In this document: positions 30,753 to 39,715 of the stretch, in pieces | Numbering within the stretch: the stretch's first letter is position 1 | How the letters are laid out: every line of letters begins with the position of its first letter | From: Chloroflexota bacterium | GTDB taxonomy: Bacteria; Chloroflexota; Chloroflexia; Chloroheliales; Chloroheliaceae | Length of the DNA stretch: 64,000 nucleotides | Direction: 5' to 3' | NCBI GenBank assembly: GCA_028287745.1 | Contig: JAQBPB010000014.1 | Location: 39,176 to 103,175, forward strand | Position numbers and translations under genes: made by a program | Notes under the pieces: generated by a model | The model's input: only the letters and a program-made list of their open reading frames with translations | What the model was told of the DNA's origin: nothing | Database searches by the model: none

Positions 30753-30819
30753 GCTACAGCTTTTTTTGACGGGTAAGGCCCAATTCCCCCCGAATTTTTA
30801 TAAAAAGCTGAAAATCGGC

Positions 30820-30848
30820 TTGACATTCGAGGTCGGAATTGTTATACT
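30820..30848 (+). promoter_or_regulatory. Sigma70 promoter of the tRNA gene
   Basis: TTGACA-N17-TATACT. Confidence 0.9.
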
Positions 30849-30869
30849 GACCAACGTCAAAAACATTAT

Positions 30870-30943
30870 GCGCCTGTAGCTCAGTTGGATAGAGCGTTTG
30901 GTTGCGGACCAAAAGGTCAGGGGTCCGAGTCCCTTCAGGCGTA
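30870..30943 (+). tRNA. tRNA-Arg, anticodon GCG (CCA not encoded)
   Basis: Cloverleaf with acceptor GCGCCTG/CAGGCGT, D-arm TAGCTCAGTTGGATAGAGC and anticodon arm TTTGG-TTGCGGA-CCAAA. Confidence 0.92.
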
Positions 30944-30966
30944 TCACAGTGACACCAATAACGATT

Positions 30967-31000
30967 GAGGCTCAAATTAACTTTTGAGCCTCTTTTGTTG
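30967..31000 (+). terminator. tRNA terminator
   Basis: GAGGCTCAAA / TTTGAGCCTC stem followed by a T-rich tail. Confidence 0.85.
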
Positions 31001-31228
31001 TATAAGGAGTCACTACTCGCACCTTATGTCTTAGTGAAAAGGCCCGCTCGACATTATAAGAAATTTATTCTTGGATCAGAAAACTTTAATTTGCTACATG
31101 TAACCAATTGGGTTCCCTACCTTTGTAGAAGCAATGGGCGGTGCAATAAAAGTATTTGAAAGTATCAAGAACAGAAAAGAAGCGGGTGAGTAAATGCTTA
31201 CTTATAACCCTGTGAACCTTCCATGAGA

Positions 31229-31455
31229 GGCTATCCTTTAACCGGGGTAGCCCTTTTGATTTTTACCATGCTTTCACCAGGCTAATCCCTACTAACACTA
31301 CCGCTCCTGGCGAGGGCGCACACGCCTCCCTGTTAACGGCGGGTTCATTTCTTCCCTTTTGCCCGCCGTGTAGCTACCCTCGGTTCTTATACGCAAAGCC
31401 GGGACTCTTTCAGAGAGTATCCCAGTGACAGCGAAATCCGGCCAGGGGCTGGGTT
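31229..31455. ncRNA. Candidate structured non-coding RNA (class unresolved; 6S-like possible)
   Basis: GC-rich non-coding island with several long pairings: 31240-51/31373-85, 31336-43/31362-69, 31304-11/31441-48 and 31401-08/31414-23. Confidence 0.45.
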
Positions 31456-31550
31456 ATTGTGGTTTAAAAGCCTAGCTTTAGTTAAAAACGCTGGGTATAA
31501 TAAAGCGCTGGTTTTATTTTTGTAATCATTAAAAGTGGGAAAGTGACGCT

Positions 31551-32357
31551 ATGGCCCTAAAAATTGCTACCTGGAACGTCAATTCAATTGCCGCCCGGCT
31601 GCCTCTTGCCACCCAATGGCTGGAAAGCTATCTTCCCGAACAACGGCCGGATATTATTTGTCTTCAGGAAATAAAGTGTGTTGACGAGAAGTTCCCGGCA
31701 GCCGCCTTTGCCAGCCTGGGCTACCAGTCGCTTGTCTACGGGCAACCGGCCTATAACGGCGTGGCTATCCTGGTGAAAGATGAAATGGCGGCCGGTATAA
31801 CCGAAATTCAAAAGGGTATGCCCGGCGAAGAGGAAGGCGCTCCCCGCCGGTTGCTATCGGCGGTTATAAATGGCTTGCGCGTGGTCAACGTCTATATTCC
31901 CAACGGCCAGGCGGTCGGCGCTGAAAAGTATTATTACAAACTGGACTGGCTGGCCCGCTTGCGAGCTTACTTTGACAGCCTGGGCGATAACAGCCAGCCG
32001 GTGGTATTGCTGGGTGACTTTAATGTCGCGCCCGACCCGCTGGATGTCTACGACCCGGCGGTCTGGGAAGGCAAGATTTTGTTCAGCCAGCCCGAAAAGC
32101 AAGCCCTCCAGGTGGTTAAAGATTGGGGCCTTATTGACACCTTCCGGACCCTCTACCCGGACACGGTGGCTTTTTCCTGGTGGGACTACCGCCAGGCCGG
32201 TTTCCGCCGCAACCTGGGCCTCCGGATTGACCATATCTGGGTGACTCCGCCGCTCATGCAGGTGTGCCGGGAAGTTGTAATTGAAAAGGAACCGCGCGGC
32301 TGGGAACGTCCTTCCGACCATACGCCGGTCGTAGCAACTTTTGAGCTGGTAAAGTAA
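31551..32357 (+). CDS. xth: Exodeoxyribonuclease III
   Basis: KIATWNVNSI, LQEIK, YNGVAIL, NVYIPNG, GDFN, RIDHI and SDHTPV. Confidence 0.96.
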   Translation: MALKIATWNVNSIAARLPLATQWLESYLPEQRPDIICLQEIKCVDEKFPAAAFASLGYQSLVYGQPAYNGVAILVKDEMAAGITEIQKGMPGEEEGAPRRLLSAVINGLRVVNVYIPNGQAVGAEKYYYKLDWLARLRAYFDSLGDNSQPVVLLGDFNVAPDPLDVYDPAVWEGKILFSQPEKQALQVVKDWGLIDTFRTLYPDTVAFSWWDYRQAGFRRNLGLRIDHIWVTPPLMQVCREVVIEKEPRGWERPSDHTPVVATFELVK

Positions 32358-33143
32358 ATGGATAACAGCCTTTTTCCACCGGATAATCCTTTCCCGGCTT
32401 TAGACCGGCCGGTTAAAATTGGTTGTTCCGGTTATTCTTACAAACACTGGCGCGAGGTCTTTTACCCGGCTCGACTGGCGGCTAACCGCTGGCTGGAATA
32501 TTACACCCACTTCTTTCCGACGGTCGAGCTTAATACAACCTTTTACAACATGCCCGGCCAGAAAACTTTCGAGGCCTGGGTTAGAAATACCCCGGAAGGT
32601 TTTATCTATTCGGTCAAAGCCTACCGCCTGATAACCCACATGAAGAAGTTGAATGAGCCGCAAGAACCCCTGGCAAAATTCTACGAACGGGTGGCAGCGC
32701 TTGGCCCGAAACTCGGCCCGCTCCTGTACCAGCTTCCGCCGAACTGGCACTACAACCATGACCGCCTGGTCGAATTTCTAAAACTGCTCCCGCCCGATAA
32801 GCAGCACACTATTGAAATCCGCGACCCTAGCTGGCTGAATGACCGCTTCTTTTCGGCGCTGTCCGACTACCAGGTGGCTTACTGTATCAGCAGTTTACCG
32901 CATTATAAAACCCCGGTCGTGCGGACCGCGCCATTCAGTTATTTCCGTTTTCACGGCAGCGGCAAGATGTATGAGTATGATTATTCGCTGGAAGAATTAC
33001 AGTTCTGGCGGGACGAAATCCTGCGGCTGCATGGTGACGGACACCCGGTCTATGTCTACTTCGATAACGACCCCTACGGCTGGGCGGTTAAAAATGCCCG
33101 GCAACTCATTGGACTGGTCAATGAGGCCGGGCCGTTAGCCTAG
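32358..33143 (+). CDS. DUF72 (YecE-like) TIM-barrel protein
   Basis: IGCSGYSYKHW...FYP, TVELNTTFY, LYQLPP, YFRFHG and YVYFDND. Confidence 0.92.
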   Translation: MDNSLFPPDNPFPALDRPVKIGCSGYSYKHWREVFYPARLAANRWLEYYTHFFPTVELNTTFYNMPGQKTFEAWVRNTPEGFIYSVKAYRLITHMKKLNEPQEPLAKFYERVAALGPKLGPLLYQLPPNWHYNHDRLVEFLKLLPPDKQHTIEIRDPSWLNDRFFSALSDYQVAYCISSLPHYKTPVVRTAPFSYFRFHGSGKMYEYDYSLEELQFWRDEILRLHGDGHPVYVYFDNDPYGWAVKNARQLIGLVNEAGPLA

Positions 33144-34291
33144 ACCGGTGATTTACCGACTATCCGGGCGTAGTTGGTCGGGTCGGTCGCGCCTTCGGTG
33201 CTGATAAGCAGTACCCGCGAGGTTCTGGTTATACCCAGTCTTTCCCGCATTTCCGCCGAATGCTCCCCGGTCAAAATCTCGAGCAAGCCGCCCAGCCCGG
33301 AAGCGCCGGTCTCCCCCGAAGTTATCCCGGACTCGGCCAGCTTTCGCATGCCCTCGCGGGCCCTTTCATCCTCAATCGCCAGGAACAGGTCAATGCCGCC
33401 GGAAAGCAGCGGCCAGGCCACCGGCGAAGGCGTCCCGCAATTAAGCCCGGCCATAATTGAAGTATGCGGTCCTGGCACAGTGACAATTTTACCGGCCTGC
33501 ATAGAAGCCAGGGCGCAATCCGCGCTGACCGGCTCGATACTGACTAAAGCGGGCCGAGCGGCTTGCCCCGGCTGGCGATAATGCCGGACCATGGCCGCCG
33601 CCAGCGCTCCCACGCCTACCTGGACCAGGGCTACGTCCGGCCCGTCGGTGCTCCACCTTTGCAGTTCTTCGTCAATTTCCCAGAAAATAGTCGAATAGCC
33701 TTCGGCAATCCAGCCCGGCACTACCTCGTAACCCGGCCAGGAAGTATCCGAAATGACCAGGCAGCGCTCCCCGGCTTCACGTGAGGCCAGTTCAACCGCA
33801 TCATCATAGCTGCCCTGGACTTCCGTGACGCTGGCCCCTTCGCTTTGAATACCTTTGATACGGGCCTCGGCGGTCCCGGCCGGGACAAAAATGCGGGCTT
33901 CCAGGCCCAACCAGCGGGCCATCCGGGCAACCGCCCGGCCGTGGTTGCCATCGGTTGCGGTTGCCAGGGCTAGCGGTTGGAGAGCCGCCAGTTGGGTTTT
34001 AACTTCATCCAGGGTCTGCCAGGGTTTGAAAGGGCCGAACCGTTCTTCCAGCGCCCGGTAAGTCGCCCAGGAGGCTCCTAGAATTTTGAAGGCGGGCAGT
34101 CCCAGCCGCCAGGACTCGTCTTTTACCCACAGGCCTCCCAGGCCCAGTTGCTCCGCCAGCGGTGCGGCATTTACCAGGCGGGAAGGGGCATAACCGGGCA
34201 GTTTCCGATGGAAATCCAGGGGTTCCCGGCTGACCGGCTCAACCTCCAACCGGTCTTTTACATTCGGGTTAAAATAAAATGGAGCCTCCAT
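33140..34291 (-). CDS. Diaminopropionate ammonia-lyase family PLP enzyme
   Basis: KDESWRLGLPAFKILG, TATDGNHGRAVA, QVGVGALA, MAGLNCG and STEGATDP. Confidence 0.9.
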   Translation of the reverse strand: MEAPFYFNPNVKDRLEVEPVSREPLDFHRKLPGYAPSRLVNAAPLAEQLGLGGLWVKDESWRLGLPAFKILGASWATYRALEERFGPFKPWQTLDEVKTQLAALQPLALATATDGNHGRAVARMARWLGLEARIFVPAGTAEARIKGIQSEGASVTEVQGSYDDAVELASREAGERCLVISDTSWPGYEVVPGWIAEGYSTIFWEIDEELQRWSTDGPDVALVQVGVGALAAAMVRHYRQPGQAARPALVSIEPVSADCALASMQAGKIVTVPGPHTSIMAGLNCGTPSPVAWPLLSGGIDLFLAIEDERAREGMRKLAESGITSGETGASGLGGLLEILTGEHSAEMRERLGITRTSRVLLISTEGATDPTNYARIVGKSPV

Positions 34292-34815
34292 TATTGCCTT
34301 TCTGAAAACTTAGATCGTTGGTTACCAGTATCAGGTTGGGTGGTGCTGCTCCGGCTTATTATATTACTCACCAGGCGCTTGCTCAATAAGTAAAGTCCCA
34401 GGGCCACGGCTACTATAATCAGGCTCCCGGCAATATCCACCAGGTGGTGCACTCTCGCATAGACCCTGGCCAGCCCAATCAGCAAAGCCAGCGCCCACAT
34501 TACCAGCCCCACTCGCCAGTTCGCCAGGGTCACGACCGCCGCGACCACCGCTACCAGCAGGGTATGGTCAGAAGGAAACCCGTTATCCAGGGCACCGGGT
34601 ATCAGGGGCGGCTGGCCGCTAACCACGAAGGGCCGCGGACTGGAAATAAGTTGGTCTAAAACTCTGGAGAGTAAAAAGGCAATGCTTCCGATGAAAACCG
34701 TGGCAAAAGCCAGTTCCAGCCAGCGCGAGCGCTGCCGCCAGGCCAGGTATGCCAGCGCACCTATGATAAGCAAAATAAAAAGGTATTGGGCCACAAAACC
34801 CGCAATTTGATCCAT
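34291..34815 (-). CDS. PAP2 phosphatase (BcrC/undecaprenyl-diphosphatase-like)
   Basis: SPRPF, FPSDHT and ARVYARVHHLVDI. Start placed at ATG 34815. Confidence 0.88.
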   Translation of the reverse strand: MDQIAGFVAQYLFILLIIGALAYLAWRQRSRWLELAFATVFIGSIAFLLSRVLDQLISSPRPFVVSGQPPLIPGALDNGFPSDHTLLVAVVAAVVTLANWRVGLVMWALALLIGLARVYARVHHLVDIAGSLIIVAVALGLYLLSKRLVSNIISRSSTTQPDTGNQRSKFSERQ

Positions 34816-35453
34816 AATTCTTCCTTCTAAGCCAGGGTAATTCAAATTTTTTCGATTATTAACCAGCGAATAATACTTTATCATAGAAAAATGAGATGTG
34901 ACTGAAGGTAGCTTTATTTGCTAAAAAATAGCTGGTTTTGTTACGGGAAAAAACAAAATCTAATTTTACCGATACCCAGGTGTGGCCCTGTTGATGGAAA
35001 AAAAGAGGACTTAACCACCAAATGTGGATAAACTTTTGAATTCGCCCCTTTTAATTTTTGCCCGGTTTATGTTATAGTTACTCCTATCTGAAGCAAATAG
35101 TTTATTAGCATAGACGGACAAAACCAGCCTTAAAAACCGGGTGGCTGAGAACATATTTGAGCTTGGTTAGCCTCTTTGAACTCAATCTATTTAGTACGAT
35201 TGGCTAAATGCCCGCAATCTTACGTTCTTTATGTTTGTGCCAGGAAAAGTAAATTAACTATCCAACAGATGGCTTGGAAATGTCTGTAACTTTAGATGGT
35301 TTGTCCGGTAAGGTACTCAAAATTCATTGAATGTAACTCTTGTAGTTTATTTAATCTATTTTGTTACAACCAATCGCTAAAAGTTATGATACCGGGTGAA
35401 CTGGAAGCCAGCTATAATCAGGTTTGGCCGTAATCGGCCTACAGGAGTCCAAC

Positions 35454-37076
35454 ATGAGTATGGGAAACTCTGGTAATACTACCACCAGTACGAGCAATGC
35501 CGAAATCAGTAACCTGCTGGTTCAGGGGTTTAAGGCGGCAAAAGAAGGGCGCCGGGACGAAGCATATGAAGTATTCTGCAATGTCGTGCGGCGTGACCCG
35601 AATAATGAATTAGGTTGGCTCTACCGGGCGGCTACCACTGAAGACCTCTCTGAGGCTTACGTTTGTTTGCAAAGAGTGCTGGCTATAAACCCGGCCAACG
35701 AAAAAGCCCAGCGCGGCGTCGAGCGAATCCAGAACCGGCTCAGCGCTGAAAGCAATACCCGGAACGCCACGGCTACGGCTGCCGGGGTAGAGGCGGTTAG
35801 CTCCGACTTGAATGGCGCGGGCGCGCCCAGCCCCCGGATTGCCGAAAAAGACGTTATTTCCGGCTTTAATCCGGGCTTTACCAGCCAGCCCCAACCCACT
35901 ACTTCCGGGCAGTCTACCACTCGCTATCCTTACCAGGAAGCTCCTTCACCGTTTAATCAGAATCAAACTCCCGCCCAGGATGCCGAGGCCGCGCCGCCGC
36001 CGTACCGGCCCGACTTTGGGTCATATAATCCTTCGGCCGCTTCCGATAGGCCGCTGACGAACCCGGGCCGGGCTGGCCTGGCCGGTTCAGCCGCCGGTAT
36101 CGGTGCGGCTGCCACTGAATATACCGCTTCCAACTCTGATAACCAGGCCGCCGCAGACGAAGAACTGGTTGATGAGCCGGTTTACGCGGCGGGCGCACCA
36201 GCCGGGCGGGTTGGTTCCGAGCGAGAAACCAGCAATGCCCGGAAAGCGGGCGTCGTTGGTGGGCTGGCTTCGGCCAGGCTGCGCGGACGGGCGGCTTTTG
36301 GCACCGAGTCCCCAACCGGCCTGGACGAGACTGGCAAACGCCGGTCCCGTATGATTTTGCTGCCGCTGCTTGTTTTAGGCGTGTTGCTGGCAATCGCGGC
36401 CCTCGCCCTGTTATTGCTGCCCAACAATAATATCGGGACTACCAACACCAACCAGGCGGCGGTCCCGGCTACTAATACTGTGAGCAGCGCCAGTCTTTCG
36501 ACTACCACCGGTGCCGCTCAAGTGGCCCCGACTAACGCGGCGGCGGTAACAGTGCCCGTAGTGGGCGCGACTACTACCAGCGCGGCCCAGGCTACAACCG
36601 CTCCGGCACCTACAACAGCAGCCCCGGCACCTACAACAGCGGCCCCGGCTCCGACAGCGGCCCCGGTAGCCACTACCGCCGCCCCGGCGGCCCCGGCGCC
36701 TACCCAGGCTCCGCCACCGCCCCCGGCTACCACAGCGGCGCCACCTCCGGCTCCCACGCTGCCCCGGGCGGCGATTTACGTAATTAAGTCGGGCGATAAC
36801 CTGACCAGGATTGCCGCCCAGTACAGCACCTCTATCGCGGCGATTGCGGCAGCTAATCCCACGGTTGACATAAATCGGATTTTCTCCGGCAACCGGTTGG
36901 TTATCCCGGTTTCCCGGCCTGATTTCCGGGGCAAAGGCGGCGCTATCCTGGCCCCTAACGAAACTCTCCAGACCCTGTCCGACCGCTTCAAGGTCAGTGT
37001 GGATGAGATTACCCGCTTTAATGGGCTGACCAACCCGGCCGATGCCAAACCGGGTGACGCCATTCTTGTCCCCTAG
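35454..37076 (+). CDS. TPR + TM + Thr/Ala/Pro linker + 2x LysM protein
   Basis: N-terminal TPR (AAKEGRRDEA...DPNNELGWL), one TM, YVIKSGDNLTRIAAQY and TLQTLSDRFKVSVDEI. ATG 35454 follows an AGGAG SD and a TATAAT at 35413. Confidence 0.85.
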   Translation: MSMGNSGNTTTSTSNAEISNLLVQGFKAAKEGRRDEAYEVFCNVVRRDPNNELGWLYRAATTEDLSEAYVCLQRVLAINPANEKAQRGVERIQNRLSAESNTRNATATAAGVEAVSSDLNGAGAPSPRIAEKDVISGFNPGFTSQPQPTTSGQSTTRYPYQEAPSPFNQNQTPAQDAEAAPPPYRPDFGSYNPSAASDRPLTNPGRAGLAGSAAGIGAAATEYTASNSDNQAAADEELVDEPVYAAGAPAGRVGSERETSNARKAGVVGGLASARLRGRAAFGTESPTGLDETGKRRSRMILLPLLVLGVLLAIAALALLLLPNNNIGTTNTNQAAVPATNTVSSASLSTTTGAAQVAPTNAAAVTVPVVGATTTSAAQATTAPAPTTAAPAPTTAAPAPTAAPVATTAAPAAPAPTQAPPPPPATTAAPPPAPTLPRAAIYVIKSGDNLTRIAAQYSTSIAAIAAANPTVDINRIFSGNRLVIPVSRPDFRGKGGAILAPNETLQTLSDRFKVSVDEITRFNGLTNPADAKPGDAILVP

Positions 37077-37101
37077 TCCGGTTTACCCGGGCCTATAAAT
37101 T

Positions 37102-37151
37102 AAAAGCTCCTCTGGAACCTGTTTGCAAAACGAGTTCTCAGAGGAGCTTTT
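37102..37151. terminator. Bidirectional terminator
   Basis: AAAAGCTCCTCTG / CAGAGGAGCTTTT between convergent genes. Confidence 0.85.
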
Positions 37152-37269
37152 TTCTACCTACCCATTAAGGAGTCCCGGTAAAACCTATCTTCTTAAAACG
37201 TGCTTAAAGTGCGGTTTAAAACATGCTTTATCCGTGCACCATTCAACGTTCACCCTTACCCGTGCTACG

Positions 37270-37632
37270 TTATCCCCGGTAAACCAGTGTGGTAATGCGG
37301 TCGTCGGTTTCGATAAATTTGCCGCTGGCAACCAGCAGGGCGAAAATAAAAGGGGCTTTGCGCTGTGCCTTGAGGCCCCGGACCTTCAAACTTTCTTTGG
37401 TCAGTTCCCGGTCCCGCTGGCCGTAGTAATCCAGCACTTCCTGGATCCAGGTCCATTCTACCTCGGTCGCCGGTTTCCAGGTGCCGGTCTTATCCTGGCT
37501 TTCGACCAGTAAGCCGTTTTCGGTCACCTCGACAATGCGTTCCCCCAGCGAGGACCGGCCCAGTGTCTTGATAGTTTTACCTTTCAATTGCCGGGCTCTA
37601 GCCTGGACCGCCTTCATATCTTCTTCTGCCAT
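37270..37632 (-). CDS. Hypothetical protein (120 aa)
   Basis: ATG with a GGAG SD upstream; directly downstream of clpS. Confidence 0.7.
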   Translation of the reverse strand: MAEEDMKAVQARARQLKGKTIKTLGRSSLGERIVEVTENGLLVESQDKTGTWKPATEVEWTWIQEVLDYYGQRDRELTKESLKVRGLKAQRKAPFIFALLVASGKFIETDDRITTLVYRG

Positions 37633-37679
37633 TCCCTATTTTCTCCTTAAAGTAGCTAGTAGCCCTGACTAAATCCCGG

Positions 37680-38015
37680 TTATTCATCCGGTTCAATTGT
37701 GCAGCCCAGCCCATAACTTAAAATTCGCTCCTGGTAAAATTCGGCCGTCTCCTGGGGAACCACAATCACAACCGCAGTGCCTTCATTGTGGGCGGTTACC
37801 ATTATTTCCAGGGCGTCCTGTTCCTTCAGGGAAGGGACCGACTTTACCAGGGCCACCACTACGTAATCCATAGCGTGAAAATCGTCATTATGCAAAATCA
37901 CTTTGTAGGGTGGGCATAATTTGTTGAACACTTCACGGTCAATTCCAGGCGTGGTATTAGTTTTCCTCGTGAAAGGGGCCTGGTTGATTAACGGTTGGTA
38001 TTTTTCCTCTATCAC
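37680..38015 (-). CDS. clpS: ATP-dependent Clp protease adaptor ClpS
   Basis: PPYKVILHNDDFHAMDYVV and IMVTAHNEGTAVV. Confidence 0.93.
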   Translation of the reverse strand: MIEEKYQPLINQAPFTRKTNTTPGIDREVFNKLCPPYKVILHNDDFHAMDYVVVALVKSVPSLKEQDALEIMVTAHNEGTAVVIVVPQETAEFYQERILSYGLGCTIEPDE

Positions 38016-38260
38016 TGTAACTACTCCGTCAGGTTAACTCATCAAACCAGTCTGGTAAAGGCAAGTTGGATTAGAACCTGAAAATTATACAATAGGGCCG
38101 CCAATTGCTTCAACCTCAAGAACTTACTTATTCAGTTAATTATGCCAGCATTTTAAGTATTAATGCAAATTCGAGCTTGAAAATCCCTTGCCTGGGTGTC
38201 ACCCGGTCAAAAACCAGGCCGTTAATCTTCAGGAATATATTGCCTTTTAAACAGCAGTTT

Positions 38261-38282
38261 TGTTATAATAAAACAAATGTTC
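38261..38282 (+). promoter_or_regulatory. Extended -10 promoter overlapped by a LexA (SOS)-like box
   Basis: TGtTATAAT (38261-69) immediately followed by AAAC-AAAT-GTTC (38271-82), one mismatch from GAAC-N4-GTTC. Confidence 0.6.
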
Positions 38283-38418
38283 TGGCTATCGGGACCAACT
38301 TAATTATTTAACTTTCCAATTTAACCTCTTACATAACGTGATAGGTTTTGCCGGTACAACAAAAGTTGCTGCCTGATAACCATGATTTAAGTAAATTATC
38401 AGCGGAACTGGAGGCTTT

Positions 38419-39270
38419 ATGGTTGGCAATCAGAATATTCCTATTTTGGGCCACAACCGGATTCGGCGGACATGGCACAAAGACCAGTGGTTTTACTCTG
38501 TCCTGGATGTAATTTCGGCCCTTACCGACTCTAAGAGACCGGATGTTTACTGGTTGGCCCTGAAAAAGAGACTCAAAAACGAAGAATTTAACGAAGCGGT
38601 GGTCCAGATTGAGTACTTAAAACTTGGTGACGAGGACGGCCAGTATAAGTATAGCGTAGCGGCTAACCGCAAAACTTTGCTGCGCTTGATTCAGTCTATT
38701 CCCTCCTCCAAAGCGATGCCCCTGCACCAGTGGCTGGCCCAGATTGGTGAGGAACGCCTGGAAGAAATCGAGAACTACAACCGGCTGCTTGAGCGCATGA
38801 AAGCCGCCTACATAGCGTTGGGTTACGGCCAGGAATGGATTGAGCAAAACATTAGAAATATTGCAATCAGTAACTACCTGCTCAACGATTGGCAAGATCG
38901 CGGGGTCAATCAGATAGACCAGCTTGATAAGCTGATCAGGGAAATTTACAAAGGGGCTTTTGGCTTGCACCTCCCGGTTGCCCCGGAGGATAGTCTTTTA
39001 CCGGCTCGCCCGGTCAGGCGCAGGAACATGTCTTATATCGAATTTGCCCTGATTTCTTTGGGCGAATCCATCGCAAGTATGCTTCATAAAGACAACGACA
39101 GCCAGGGCTTTGAAGCTATCTACCAGGATATAACCAGGGTCGGAAGCATAGTCGGGGAGATGCGACAGGTTATTGAAAACTCGCTCGGAAAACGGCTCGA
39201 CTCGCCTGTAAAAAATTACCCGGCCGGGGCACCAGGCTCACAGCTTTCAATGTTTGATGAGATGCGCTAA
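38419..39270 (+). CDS. BRO-N domain protein (antirepressor/DinD-like)
   Basis: IRRTWHKDQWFYSVLDVISALTDS...YW..LKKRL and LLRLIQSIPSSKA. Confidence 0.85.
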   Translation: MVGNQNIPILGHNRIRRTWHKDQWFYSVLDVISALTDSKRPDVYWLALKKRLKNEEFNEAVVQIEYLKLGDEDGQYKYSVAANRKTLLRLIQSIPSSKAMPLHQWLAQIGEERLEEIENYNRLLERMKAAYIALGYGQEWIEQNIRNIAISNYLLNDWQDRGVNQIDQLDKLIREIYKGAFGLHLPVAPEDSLLPARPVRRRNMSYIEFALISLGESIASMLHKDNDSQGFEAIYQDITRVGSIVGEMRQVIENSLGKRLDSPVKNYPAGAPGSQLSMFDEMR

Positions 39271-39330
39271 CCCGGCCTTGACGGCATAAGGATCTGGCGG
39301 CAGGTTTAGAAAACATGCAGCCAAACTTTT

Positions 39331-39359
39331 TTGCAATTTAAGCCTCGGAATGTTATAAT
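39331..39359 (+). promoter_or_regulatory. Sigma70 promoter of the glyQS leader
   Basis: TTGCAA-N17-TATAAT. Confidence 0.8.
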
Positions 39360-39384
39360 TAAGTGTACAATTAAACATTTTGGC

Positions 39385-39661
39385 AATGAAAGAGAATAGT
39401 AAATTCAGCTTTTTCCTTCCAGAGAAACCGCGCCGAAGGTCCCCTCGCAATATATGGGACCGGGGCTGAGAGTGCGGCACAAGGTTAAACCAGGCTAAAT
39501 TGAAGGGACTCTGGAGCCAGTCTTACTAAAGAGGGGGCGTTCTTTGGAGCCTGATTAAGCAGGCAAGGCGTCAACCAGGGTGGAACCGCGAGACTAGCAG
39601 CCTGTAAAAGGCGTTGGCCCTCGTCCCTGGCCGTTTTATTCGGGCCGGACGAGGGTTTTTT
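39385..39661 (+). promoter_or_regulatory. T-box riboswitch (glycine) with terminator
   Basis: T-box AGGGTGGAACCGCG (39577-90), AGAGA and GCTGAG stem I motifs, AGTA/GAA loop-E and terminator CCCTCGTCC...GGACGAGGG followed by T's. Confidence 0.92.
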
Positions 39662-39715
39662 ATTGCCTGAAATCCCAGAACCGGCATAGTTTGGAATAAA
39701 AGGAGGGTTTCGCAA

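Noticed and set aside
30754-30975. 73-aa minus-strand ORF
   Set aside because: It is the reverse-complement translation of the tRNA gene.
30944-31230. Integrated element at the tRNA 3' end
   Set aside because: No integrase and no duplicated tRNA 3' fragment (att site) is visible in the window.
31385-31435. c-di-GMP-I riboswitch (ACGCAAAGCC...GACAGCG)
   Set aside because: The upstream GGCAAAC/GNRA P2 element and the CCGGUCUAA segment are missing. Only a short word matches.
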